From Chrysomallon squamiferum (lineage: Eukaryota; Animalia; Mollusca), in assembly GCA_012295275.1 (NCBI GenBank), contig CM022672.1, positions 32,240,001 through 32,304,000 of the forward strand: DNA of 64,000 bases. The letters run 5' to 3'. The translations under genes were made by a program, and so were the position numbers. Of the stretch, positions 1 to 12,577 are shown in pieces (within the stretch, counting starts at the first letter, position 1; every line of letters begins with the position of its first letter). The notes below the pieces were generated by a model. That model was not told the origin of the DNA and ran no database searches. It saw only the letters and a list, made by a program, of their open reading frames with translations.

Positions 1-343
1 CACGTTTTAAGCGTTTAGTAATTTATCTATAAACACGATTCATGTTTATTAGAAAAGGTTGATATCCATGTTTGATTTGAAACTCCAAAGTACGAATAGG
101 CTGTTTTTTTTAAAGAATTAATCGATGTTGTATCAAAAGCTTTTATTCAAAATATACAATTAAGAATAAATTCGAAACGCTAAAGGGAAATAACTCAAGC
201 TTCCTCTCTATACAAGTGACATAGGAATTATCTCCCTCTGTATCAGTAAACACTTTTGTTGTCTTCTAAATGAAGACTGTGAAACACGAAGTGTTTGTTA
301 CTCGACATTTACTGTGAATGGTGATCATTAAATAACAGGAGTA

Positions 344-429
<86 letters not shown>

Positions 430-754
430 ATTATGATTATGATTATTATTTATTTACGAATAGGAATTACACTGTATGATCATGATCAATCTTAGTAAAC
501 TGTTGAAACAAAATAAAGTGTATATTATATACACCGATATGTTATATTGCTCTTGTACTTCATACTTATGAAAGGTTAGTTTAGGAAAAAAATAATAATA
601 ACAAACTCAGATGGAAGGTGGATGATCTGGATAATCAGAGCTCACGAATCTACTTTTAAATGTAGCCTCGCAATTGTATGTGTTGCTGTCTGTGTTTCTG
701 TCTCTCTGTGTGTGTTAATTTAGGATTGAGTATTTTTTATGTACGTTTCATTAG

Positions 755-883
755 ACTTTTGATAATAGTACGGCGCTACCACAGGAAGACAAAGTCCAAT
801 CACGACCTCACAAACCCCGTCAGATACCGCTGACAACGTCACCGTCCGGCCATGAAGACAACCTTGAAAAGATTGCCCAGTAA
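755..883 (+). CDS. Possible terminal exon of a gene starting upstream of the window (unidentified)
   Basis: GC-richer island following a ttttttatgtacgtttcattag acceptor. Phase 0 reads TFDNSTALPQEDKVQSRPHKPRQIPLTTSPSGHEDNLEKIAQ*; another phase reads LLIIVRRYHRKTKSNHDLTNPVRYR*. No family recognised and the frame is undecided. Confidence 0.3.
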   Translation, partial: TFDNSTALPQEDKVQSRPHKPRQIPLTTSPSGHEDNLEKIAQ

Positions 884-1602
884 CTGAGCTAATCACCGCT
901 TCCCACAAAGCACGCCGTATTTTGACTTTCGTTATTTCTGTGTGCATCTGTGTTTTCCTGGAAACATGGGACTGGCAAGTTGAATATTCCATTTCTGTAT
1001 GTGTCGTCAGAAATTAGTTAGAGCCAGAAGGTCTTAAGTGCATATATAAATATAAATACATGCTCTAATCCCTCGTATGTATGAATATGTCTGAGACGGA
1101 TAGAAACGCTGAATCTTGTGAAAATACTGCTGTAGCAGATGAGACATAATCAGATAAGCGTTTAATTTTTCCCAGTTCCACGTTAACAGTTAAAACTCTG
1201 ATGCTAAGTTATATATAATAATAATACTGGTAATTCTTCTATACGCCTAAATACTGTTTTTTTTTTTTTTTTTTAAAAGAATATATTACGAAACTGACAT
1301 TAATTTAGAATTTTTATATTGCAATCTTAACCCGATTAACACATTTATGCTACTACTAATAATAATACAACAACAACAACAACTACTACTACTACTACTA
1401 CTACTACTACAACTAACTAACTAACTAAATAATAATAATAATAATAGAGTACTAGTAATATAATAATGTCGATAATGATGATGTGTTTTTATATTTGTGA
1501 TAGAAACGTTAAAATAATGTATAATACACTACTACTACTATTACTACAACTACTACTACTGGTACTTCAATTACTATAACTACTATTAGTACTACTACTA
1601 TA

Positions 1603-1654
<52 letters not shown>

Positions 1655-2818
1655 ATAATAATAATAATTTGGGTAAAGGCTATAAATATTTATTTTATAT
1701 ATATAAACTCAATCTGAAAATATGATATTTTTAATGTCTATATTATTATGTATTTAAAATGTATTATATATTATTCATTATGAACGCCAGCGTAAGGATT
1801 ACATTTGATAATTAGTATAATATATTATGTATTAAATACATTATATCATTCATTACGAAAGTGTGTGTATGGGTTCTCTTCGAGTAATAATGTATTATGT
1901 ATTTAATACACATGTTACATCATTCATTATAAACGTGGGTGTATGAGTTCTTTTTGACCAGTGAGCTGCGGTAGAGGGGTTGGAATATACGGGTTTCTTT
2001 ACACAGAATAAAAACACAAGTAACTGGGTTGCATTCCCTTGTTTGTCAGATAAATTTTGCACCGATTAAAAACACAGTTTTGCCCTAAAATTCATGTCTG
2101 TGTTGGCTCATTTTGGAGGGGGTTTGACTCCCCTTCTTCATAGTCTCGATGATTATGAGTTTCAGGTATTCAAGCCGCTCGTTGTTCAGTAGAGTCAGTA
2201 CGCCTGTCGATGTATTTATTCTCTGCGACTGTTAAACTCCTACACGGCGTTCACTCTGTGACTGAAACCATCAGCCACACTGAACTGAAATTCCATGTCT
2301 CCCGGTGTCGACTCCGCGCTACATTCACACACGTCTTGCAGATTAATGCCGGGTCTCTACTCGTGTTTGTAAGTTCAGTCTAATGTAGTAGCAGAATTTG
2401 TCTTTAGAACCGCGTGTCCTTGGAACAATAAAACTGACGTGTCTGCGGTTTACCTTGCTTTATTAAGAACATATGTCAGTACAGACAGTGAAGAAGAAGG
2501 AGAAGATGAAAAAAAAAGAAAAAAAAACGAGGATGAAAGCATAGCGTTTGACTGTTAGAACAAAATAAGTGAGTAGGCAGGTGCCAAAATTTAATGGGTT
2601 TGTATTTGTAGACGTGTAAATAATAAAAGTAAGTAAAATAAATATGAAATACAAATCAGTCATAAAACAGCTGGTGATTTTTTTTTTTTTATTTTATTTT
2701 ATTTTTTTTTATTTTTTTTTTTTTGTTTTTTTTTTTTGTCTTTTTTTTTTTCATTGTTTCATTTTTGTTTTATCTTTCATTTTGGTGTTATTATTTTTTA
2801 TTGTTACTATTTTTCAAC

Positions 2819-2857
<39 letters not shown>

Positions 2858-4461
2858 TACTACTACTACTACTACTACTTACTTACTATTTCTACTATTA
2901 CTACTACTACTACTGTTTTAGTTTCTATTTTTTTGTTTTACCTGTTACCGATCTATAGTTGTTGTTTAATAAACTAGTTGTTTTAATAATAGTAATTATT
3001 GTTGGTTTTGGGGGATTGGGCTTTGGGCTTTTGGTGGGGTTCTGGGGCTTTTTTTTCTGGGGGGCTGATGATAGTAGTATTTGTTGTCGTATGATGAGTA
3101 GTAGTAGTGAGTTTGGGATTGTTAGTAGGTTAATATTAGCGTAGCTATGTTGACAGTCGTTACTGCCACCACTGTTGTAACTACTACTACTTCAGCTACT
3201 ACTACTACTATTACTACTACTGCTATTTGTCCGGTTATTTTTATTACTATAATACTGTTACTATGGTACAATAATCATCACTTATAACGGCTGCGATTGT
3301 TTCCAGTTTCTTTCCTGTTTTTTTGTTTTTTTTTCTTATTGTTTTATGCATTTGGTATCTAGGTAAAACAACTGAACAAATTATACACACACACAAAAAT
3401 ACTAATGTGTGTGTCTTGTCTCTGTGTGTGAGTGTGTGTGAGTGAGCGCGGGAGTGTGTGAAGATGTACGGTAAAACATTTATAATATGGTTACAAGAAG
3501 TAAAATACGCCAGGCAGTTTAGATTCATCATAAAAATACAGTTACCGTTTTTCCTTTCCAGTATTAAATCCTTTACTGTTTCACATTAACAGTTTTAAAG
3601 TTACATGATATTGTAGCATTTTGGTGTGACTATTTAAACAGATAATGTTCTAATTTAAAGATTCTATAGTTAATACCTTTAGACCACTCAAAATCATCAT
3701 TGTCTCTTAATAAGTGATCAAGTAAAATTCTATTAACAGCATGTTTTAACCACTAAACATCCACACGAATTAACGAATATCTGTTAATCAAATCACATAT
3801 CTATACGATAACGAAGGACTAGAAATATCTTTTGTAATATGATAACTAAGATTGAAACTAAGATTGATACAATTAACAACATTAACCTGAAATGTAATCA
3901 TTCTTACTTTAATACTAATAGACAACGGGTGTCTCTATAGTTCGAAATAACGATTTGTGTTGACTTGCTAATAAATAATATTTTTAAGACTTGAGATAAC
4001 GTTCTTCAGCTGAATCTATATTAGTAAAAAAAAACACGATTTCACATCCTTAATATAATTATATTAACTGACAGACTGCTGATAGTCATGTAGTGTACAC
4101 CAGAAAGTGTGTGTGTGTGTGTGTGAGTGTGTCTGTGTTCATTTACCTCACAGATATATTGTTAAAAATACACTAAAATTCCTCATCGCAAAATTACGAA
4201 CATGAAAATCGATTTTTCTCTTTCATTATTACTGCCATAACAAAAACACATTCATCTAGTATTACCTTTGGAATATACTCTGGGATGACAACATGTAAAA
4301 ATATACCACAAAATTTAGATTAATTATAAAAATGACATATACCATTTTTCTCTTTCAGTATTAACATCTATTAATGTTTCGCAGTACCAGTTAGAAAGTT
4401 ATGTAACATTGCAGCATATCAACTTCCAATGTAACAAAGTTTACGTGTTTTCACGCCGCGC

Positions 4462-5035
4462 CAGAGACTCGCAATCTTACAACCGTGTTTCAGACGTGAC
4501 AGAGACTCGCAATCTTACAACCGTGTTTCAGACGTGACAGAGACTCGCAATCTTACAACCGTGTTTCAGACGTGACAGAGACTCGCAATCTTACAACCGT
4601 GTTTCAGACGTGACAGAGACTCGCAATCTTACAACCGTGTTTCAGACGTGACAGAGACTCGCAATACAACCGTGTTACAACCGTGTTTCAGACGACGTGA
4701 CAGAGACTCGCAATCTTACAACCGTGTTTCAGACGTGACAGAGACTCGCAACTCGTAACAATCTTACAACCGTGTTTCAGACGTGACAGAGACTCGCAAT
4801 CTTACAACCGTGTTTTCAGACGTGACAGAGACTCTTACAAACGTGTTTCTTACAACCGTGTTTCAGACGTTTCAGACGTGAGACTCGCAATCTTACAACC
4901 GTGTTTCAGACGTGACAGAGACTCGCAATCTTACAACCGTGTTTCAGACGTGACAGAGACTCGCAATCTTACAACCGTGTTTCAGACGTGACAGAGACTC
5001 GCAATCTTACAACCGTGTTTCAGACGTGACAGAGG
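4462..5035. repeat. 38-bp minisatellite, about 15 units
   Basis: Head-to-tail unit acaaccgtgtttcagacgtgacagagactcgcaatctt with no spacers; some garbled units mid-array. Confidence 0.95.
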
Positions 5036-5680
5036 ATTGCGACCTGTTGCACTGGAACTGAGATGCAAGCCGATCTAGAAAATACCCGGAGTATATTTTA
5101 TTTTGAAGATTTTTTTGTTTCAAAAGCAAAAAGAAAAATTAATGTAAGTAAAAATTATGTCTTTTTTTTCATTCCATTAAAGTAATATTAACACAAATTT
5201 TAAAAATGTAAATGTCTCTATGGCCACAAGTTTGTTATGAAACAAGGAAACAAACAACAAGGAACTCAAACTCGGGTTCTACATGTTGTATTTTTTAATT
5301 TATTTTATTTTCGTTATTTTATTATTGTATTATTTTTATTTTTATTTATTTTTATTTTATTTTTTCATTTTATTTTTTGTTTGGAAGAAAAAAATAATAT
5401 AAAAAAATAAGAAAAAAGTAATAAAAGAAAAGAAGAAAAAAGTAATACATCTTGGTAGAAATTTCATTTAAGATTTCTGTAATAAATGTTTAATTCTCTG
5501 CAGAAAAGAGCTATTACAAGTTTTTTATTTATTACATTTCAGTAAATCACTAATTTCAAAATACATTTAAACGTTTATTTTAAAATTTGTAAAATAAGAT
5601 TTTCTCAACACAACACTGAAAGGAAGACTTAATATTATGTAATTATTGTGATAAATAATTAACAAAATTGTTTTTTATAA

Positions 5681-5727
<47 letters not shown>

Positions 5728-5768
5728 ATACTAATAATAATAGTAATAATCTTTATCGGTCGTCTTTG

Positions 5769-5830
<62 letters not shown>

Positions 5831-6361
5831 TTAAAATGTTTGCCAGAGACTCCGGGAAGCAAATAATTCTGTTTCGTAATTCATTCAATAGCTGAACATA
5901 TATTAAAAATAAACTTTAAAGAAAATGCGACTTACTATTATCAGAAACCCTTTGGCTACCAATAAAACAATATTACATGAAATGCAAAAATCTGCATCTT
6001 TTATTGACCCAAATTTTTGCCTCTGTAGTTTTTAACGATTTGCCAAACATTTTTTTTTTTTTTTTAATTTAAAAAAAAAAAAAAAAAATTTAAATTAAAA
6101 AAAAAAAAAAAAAAAAAAAATTATGCTATATCTGTTTTACACATATTTGAAGTAAAAGTAATAATATTTATCTTAGTTTTTGTGGCAGTTATCGCATAAT
6201 TTTAATAGCTTGTGTGTGGATGACAGCAACTGACAGCAAATATCTTTTAACTCGCGTATTTGCATTTTAAAAGCATTTTAAAAATACACAGACAGATAAG
6301 AGATAGGATGAGAGGCAGACAGACAGGGAGAGAGAGAGAAAGAATGCGAGAAGGTGAAAGC

Positions 6362-6507
<146 letters not shown>

Positions 6508-6797
6508 TAGAAAAGTGGTAAAGTGTGACTAACATTAAACACGGAGACAAAAGTGAGACTGTACTGAGTTGATGTAGATGGAGTCTTCACACGTCGCTGC
6601 ACTGTGAAAACAAACATTATTGTGTAGTCTACGAGGAAACAGTCATCGAGACCTATAAAATGTCTTGTCAGCGGTAAATAAATGATATTAACCTCAAGGG
6701 TATGTAAAGCTTAGTAAAATTCTCTTCAACTGCTAACTGCCTTCGTTAATTTTATTTCAGTCTTTAAATTAGTAAAAAAAAAAAAAAAAAAAAAAAA

Positions 6798-6842
<45 letters not shown>

Positions 6843-6924
6843 CCACCAGATAATAAACAATGCTTTCCTTTCGAAATAGGCGTTCGACAGGCGGGCAAAT
6901 ACTTATTCAGATAAAGAAGATATT

Positions 6925-7067
6925 AAAAAACGTGTTAAAGTGAAAACAAAACTCTTATATTTGTATTACTTCAGCTTTATTTCATCTTAATATGTTTGTA
7001 AACACAGAAATTTTAGCTGAATTACTGGCGACATTTACAGTCTTGAGGAAACTCGTAGTAGCTGAAC
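6925..7067 (-). pseudogene. Duplicated 3' fragment of the cystine-knot gene's last exon plus 3'UTR
   Basis: Reads FSYYEFPQDCKCRQ* (parent FNYYDFPQDCKCRQ*), followed by the same UTR with AATAAA. Also present in copy B at about 49305-49447. Confidence 0.85.
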
Positions 7068-8269
7068 CTGAACAACATCAAATAAATAACTAACTAAATA
7101 AATAATGCCGCCAGATAATAAATTATGCTTTCCTTTCGAAATAGGCGCTCGATTAACTCAGAATGCAAATACTAATCCAGCTTAAGAAGAAATTAAAATA
7201 TTTAGTTTCTGAATAGTGACTATTAAAAAAATAATAATAATAATAATAGAAACTGATATCCTATTTGGAAAGAAAAATGGAGATCTGTTAGGAAAGGGAA
7301 ATACAGAATGAAAGCATTGTAGAAAATTAAGCTCGTTGAAATACGTAATTCGATTTTCTATGTATTTCGTTCGTTATTCATCTCTTTATTCATTCATTTA
7401 TTCGTTCATTGGTTAATTCATTTATTCATTCATTTACTCATTAATTCATTCATCCATTCCTAACGATTACAAAACATTTAAAATGCAGTTTCATGTTATT
7501 TGCATAATCAAAGTAGACGTTGGTAGCTGAAAGAAATTACATAACACATTAACACAAGAACAATCACTTTAAACTGAGAGTCATCTACAAATATATTCAA
7601 CATACGTCAGTTAATGGTCAAGTAAAGTGAATTTGAAGAAAGGCACCTAAATATATTTTAATGTTAATTAGATGCAAATATTTGTGTAAGATTGTTTTAT
7701 AATGATAATAGTATAAAGGATGCTCGCAGCTAATTTAGTATAATTATCAGAAAGTCAAATTCTCTTGGTTCGCGCCTTTCTTTGTTTTATCATTACCAGT
7801 TTAATTTAGTGAAGCGTGAAAGAGAAACTACAATGTCACAAAAATACGTCCATAGACATTATTTAGAAAAAATATATTAAAACAAGTGCGCCAAAAATGT
7901 ATAGCGACAAGCTATAATAATAATTGTTGAAAATAAACTTAACAAAAAAAGAAAAAGAAAAAAAAGATGAATAACTAAAATAAATAAATGTTTAAAATGA
8001 CTGGATGAATCTTCTGGTGATATTCTTTTTCTTTAGAGTTTCACTCTTGACAATTTCTGGTTTAAGGACAATTAAGGAAAATGACTGTAGTCACGGAGCA
8101 ACGGTTAGAACAGGAATTATTTAAGTGCCGTACTGAAGATCCTGCATAACTACCGATCCTGTTAATAACTAAAAACGTGTTAAAGAAGTGAAAACAAAAC
8201 TCTTATATGTGTATTACTTCAGCTTTATTTCATCTTAATATGTTTGTAAACACAGAAATTTTAACTGAA

Positions 8270-11247
8270 TTACTGGCGACATTTACAGTCTTGAGGAAAA
8301 TCGTAGTAGTTGAAGCTGAAGCCAGCGGGCCAGTGTTCACAAGGTTTCTTACAGTAAGCATAAAACCAAAACCTCGCCAAGCCAGCAGCCTGACACTGGG
8401 TCGTCTTTTCACAGGGACAGAACTGATGACAAGACGTGTGGCTGTAATTTTAAAACTTAGTGTTAAACATTTAAACTCATACTTCTATTACTGTTGAATG
8501 AGCATATCTTATCTTGGGGCCAGTATTATCTCGGAATTTGATTTTTATCGGGTGTTTATTTATTTATTTATTATTTATTATTTTTATTTTTATTAATTTA
8601 TTTGATTTTTTTCATTTTTTTTTTTCAACGTAGCAGTAAATCGAGATGGTTTAATATTATTATCAAATTACCTGGTACATTGAACAAACATTGTATTTAC
8701 TAAAAAAAAAAACAATGCACAAATTATAAATAATTATGTCTCGGTTGATCGAAAAGATTTTCTGATTTGAGAAATCCGAATTTAGGATAAAGGAAGCTCA
8801 GTCCATGACTACTACTACTATAACTACTGATACTACTAGTGCTACTGCCACTATAACTATCACTAGTACTGCTTATATTACTACTACGATTATCATTACT
8901 GCTTATATTACTACTACGATTACCATTACTGATGATATTGCTACAACTACTTTACTATTACTACTACTATTATTGCTATTACTACTACCATTACCACAAC
9001 TACTATATTTGTGTATTTAAGAACAAATAAAATGTAAACATCATTTACATTTAACAGATAAATTATTTAAGGATTGTCATGCTGCAATTTATTTAGTTCT
9101 TTTAAGAAATATGTTTCATTTGCTGAAGCTAAACTGATGGATGAAAAATTATCAGTCTGGGCGGCGGAAGTAAAGATCAACGTCATCCCTTAAATAGTGT
9201 ATTCACTCTAGTATAAGAGTACGTGCGTGTAAATGTGTGTATTCACTCTAGTATAAGAGTACGTGCGTGTAAATGTGTGTATTCACTCTAGTATAAGAGT
9301 ACGTGCGTGTAAATGTGTGTATTCACTCTAGTATAAATGTGTGTATTCACTCTAGTACGTGCGTGTAAATGTGTGTATTCACTCTAGTGTAAGAGTACGT
9401 GCGTGTAAATGTGTGTATTCACTCTAGTGTAAGAGTACGTGCGTGTAAATGTGTGTATTCACTCTAGTAAGAGTATGCGTGTAAAAATAAATGTGTATTC
9501 ACTCTAGTGTAAGAGTACGTGCGTGTAAATGTGTGTATTCACTCTAGTGTAAGAGTACGTGCGTGTAAATGTGTGTATTCACTCTAGTGTAGTAGTACGT
9601 GTAAATGTGTATAAATGTGTAAAAGTGTAAAGTACGTGCGTGTAAATGTGTGTATTCACTCTAGTGTAAGAGTACGTGCGTGTAAATGTGTGTATTCACT
9701 CTAGTGTAAGAGTACGTGCGTGTAAATGTGTGTATTCACTCTAGTGTAAGAGTACGTGCGTGTAAATGTGTGTATTCACTCTAGTGTAAGAGTACGTGCG
9801 TGTAAATGTGTGTATTCACTCTAGTGTAAGAGTACGTGCGTGTAAATGTGTGTATTCACTCTAGTGTAAGAGTACGTGCGTGTAAATGTGTGTATTCACT
9901 CTAGTGTAAGAGTACGTGCGTGTAAATGTGTGTATTCACTAAATGTATTGTATTCACTCTAGTGTAAGAGTACGTGCGTGCGTGTAAATGTGTGTATTCA
10001 CTCTAGTGTGTAAATGTGTGTATTCACTCTAGTGTAAAATGTGCGTATGTAAATGTGTGTATTCACTCTAGTGTAAGAGTACGTGCGTGTAAATGTGTGT
10101 ATTCACTCTAGTGTAAGAGTACGTGCGTGTAAATGTGTGTATTCACTCTAGTGTAAGAGTACGTGCGTGTAAATGTGTGTATTCACTCTAGTGTAAGAGT
10201 ACGTGCGTGTAAATGTGTGTATTCACTCTAGTGTAAGAGTACGTGCGTGTAAATGTGTGTATTCACTCTAGTAGTGTAAGAGTACGTGCGTGTAAATGTG
10301 TGTATTCACTCTAGTGTAAGAGTACGTGCGTGTAAATGTGTGTATTCACTCTAGTATAAGAGTACGTGCGTGTAAATGTGTGTATTCACTCTAGTGTAAG
10401 AGTACGTGCGTGTAAATGTGTGTATTTACTGTACGTGTCTGTGAGTATGTACGGCTACCAAAGAACGTGTCCCTGCGGCCCACCTACCAGCACACACACT
10501 TAAATATACACGTACTCCTAAACTACAAAACTAGATAATTCAAACGTTACTAACGCGCAGGTCACTTTTCGAATTCTCCACAGTCCTGGACCAGTCACAG
10601 AGCAGTGATCTTTACAAAACGTGTCCACGTTCTCTTCATAGTACGGACACGGCTCACACGTAGTTTGAGGTTTTAGGATTTAGACAGAATTTCACCTATA
10701 ATGGGGTTTTCCTTCGACAGTGCAATCTTTCTAAATGTGTCTGTATCGAAAAATGCGGTTAAAATGGACTCGATGTCCCTATAAGTAAAATAAATAATTG
10801 TGTATCAGTTTTACAAAATAATAATAATAATAATAATAATAACAACAACAACAACAACAACAACAACACAACAACAACAACAATGACAATAATAATAAGA
10901 GCAATAACAAAAACAGCAACAATAATAATAATAACGTAAAATTCAAGCACATACAAATAAATAATTAAAAAAAATGAAAGAAAAATAGTTTTTACTTACG
11001 TGGAGTTAGCAGCACAGCCAGAGAAGAACATCAAACAAAAAAGGAGAGATAATTTCTGAAAATAAAACTAATAAAATAAATACATTTAACCTGTGCGTTA
11101 AAGTGTGTGCGTGAATCGACGCTAATATTTAATGCATTCATTTTATCTATTCTGTTATTTTAATTTAATATTTTATTTTATTTCTATTTTATTTATAATT
11201 TTTATTTTCAGCTCTGTATGGTTTGAATAAAACAAATTTCTTACCAT
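8270..11247 (-). CDS. Secreted cysteine-rich Spaetzle/neurotrophin-like cystine-knot protein gene, copy A; one frameshift, so possibly a pseudogene
   Basis: Exons with GT-AG boundaries: ATG 11247-11245 (then gtaaga); 11055-11000 KLSLLFCLMFFSGCAANS (signal peptide); 10778-10555 TDIESILTAFFDTDTFRKIALSKENPIIGEILSKS, 1-nt shift at 10673-10682, LKPQTTCEPCPYYEENVDTFCKDHCSVTGPGLWRIRKVTCA; 8441-8270 HTSCHQFCPCEKTTQCQAAGLARFWFYAYCKKPCEHWPAGFSFNYYDFPQDCKCRQ*. Intron phases 0, 2, 2 are consistent. AATAAA about 40 nt after the stop. The CQ...F..P..CxC ending resembles the Spaetzle knot (family call is inference). Confidence 0.8.
9196..10426. repeat. 40-bp minisatellite, about 30 units, in intron 3 of the cystine-knot gene
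   Basis: Unit gtgtgtattcactctagtgtaagagtacgtgcgtgtaaat; only about 1.5 units at the matching site in copy B (about 51683-51740). Confidence 0.95.
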
Positions 11248-11672
11248 TTTTTTCTTTCTTCTTCTATGTTCTTTTCTAGAGAGAAAAATTGTCTGTTAAA
11301 ATGTTTTACTGGAAGTTCACTAAATTTGGTTGTATTTGCTGAAACACTTTATGTAACAGATGTAACTGATCAGTTTCATTTGTTTTTATCAGTAATTAAA
11401 ACGACATTGAAAAAAAAAAAAAAAAAAAAAAAAAAATAGCGTCAGCAGTTTAAAAATTGAGAGAATTAAATTTGTCGTCTGCTGTGAATATCAAAGGAGG
11501 ATTTTTTTTCTAACTCGTTTTAATCGATTCTCATTCCAGGGCGGGTCCAGGAACATGGGAAAGAGGGGACACCATCATTACGGTGATAATGTCTTCCATT
11601 TTAAATTTATGGAAAGAAAGAAAAAAAGAAAGAATGAATTACATTAAGAAATGTATACATCAGTAAATGAAA

Positions 11673-11703
<31 letters not shown>

Positions 11704-11705
11704 AA

Positions 11706-11810
11706 CAGGGTTCGTAGACCTTTGGCTGTCAAAATTTCCATAACGTTTCCAAAACCTTCCATAGCCCACAAATCCAAATTTTCAAAACCATTTCCAAGCG
11801 AACTCAATCA
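11706..11810 (+). mobile_element. Possible terminal fragment of a non-autonomous DNA transposon
   Basis: Abrupt cagggttcgtag start after an (AAAT)n run, with repeated tttccaaa/ttccata subterminal motifs. No matching second end found. Confidence 0.3.
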
Positions 11811-12470
11811 CAACAAAGTGTTTTTTTAGCAGTTTTTAAATATGTTTGTCAGAGTTAAAACGTTTTCCTCGACTAGGCTGCAGAGTATTCAGGTAGGATT
11901 ACTAGTAATGACAAATTTAATGTAATTTATTTTGGCGTTTTAAAATGCAGTTTTATTCTTGGTGTTAGACATCACTATGATGATATGTAAGGCAGATTGA
12001 GAGAAATATGAATACAGAAGTATTGCTTTTAGAAACAGTTGTCGTTGTTGGTTTCTTTTTATTGAATTAATAACCCATATCTTTAAACTGCCCCAAATCC
12101 TACTCCTTATGGGTTTGTTGTCTGAATTATCAGTTGGAATTCTCTCTCAGTTTTATTATTTTCCAACTTTCAACCTCAGTTTCAAGTTTTTCTTTTTGCT
12201 TTCACAGTCTTTCTGAAACTATTAGATTAGTCAAATCAGTGAGATTTCCCTTTTTCCTCAGCAGATGAAGACAGTGATTCAATATGTTGTTCTAATCATG
12301 TTCACTTTGTCTCTAATTCAGTGCACTGAGTACATTGAGACGTTTACCATTCTACGCATTGCTCTAATCCCTAACCCTAAAATGAAAAATAATTTAACCC
12401 TAAGGGGCCGTTCAAATATTACAAAACACTATATTTTATAATAAATTAAACGGTAAACGAAAGAAAGAAA

Positions 12471-12507
<37 letters not shown>

Positions 12508-12577
12508 AGGGAAGAAAGAAACAGTTTTATTCACAACAAATTTATTCTCATATATGAATTTCTTTGTATCATTTAGG

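Noticed and set aside
1740-1950. Short degenerate local duplications (also 19000-19170, 34330-34500, 35200-35310)
   Set aside because: Two or three decayed AT-rich copies with no coding or structural signal; ordinary tandem duplication.
2140-2460. GC-richer island as a coding exon
   Set aside because: The frames I translated had stops and no recognisable motif; could be UTR or a repeat relic.
2463-3144. Hydrophobic membrane-protein-like ORFs
   Set aside because: Translations of poly-T and (ATT)n/(ACT)n tracts.
4462-5035. CRISPR-like array (38-bp repeats; also the 40-bp array at 9196-10426)
   Set aside because: Units are head-to-tail with no unique spacers, there are no cas genes, and the context is eukaryotic.
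8207-8497. ORF-track proteins at 8207(+), 8230(-), 50734(-) and 50744(+)
   Set aside because: Shadow frames over exon 4; the Cys-rich third minus frame is the one that fits the splice phases.
10673-10682. Antizyme-type +1 programmed frameshift at TCC-TAA
   Set aside because: A +1 shift enters a frame that stops within 7 codons; the Cys frame needs -1.
10680-10735. Stop-codon readthrough or selenocysteine in the Cys frame of exon 3
   Set aside because: Three different stops (TAG, TGA, TAA), and the upstream exon phase points to the other frame.
12360-12405. Telomere or interstitial telomeric array
   Set aside because: Only isolated, degenerate CCCTAA units.
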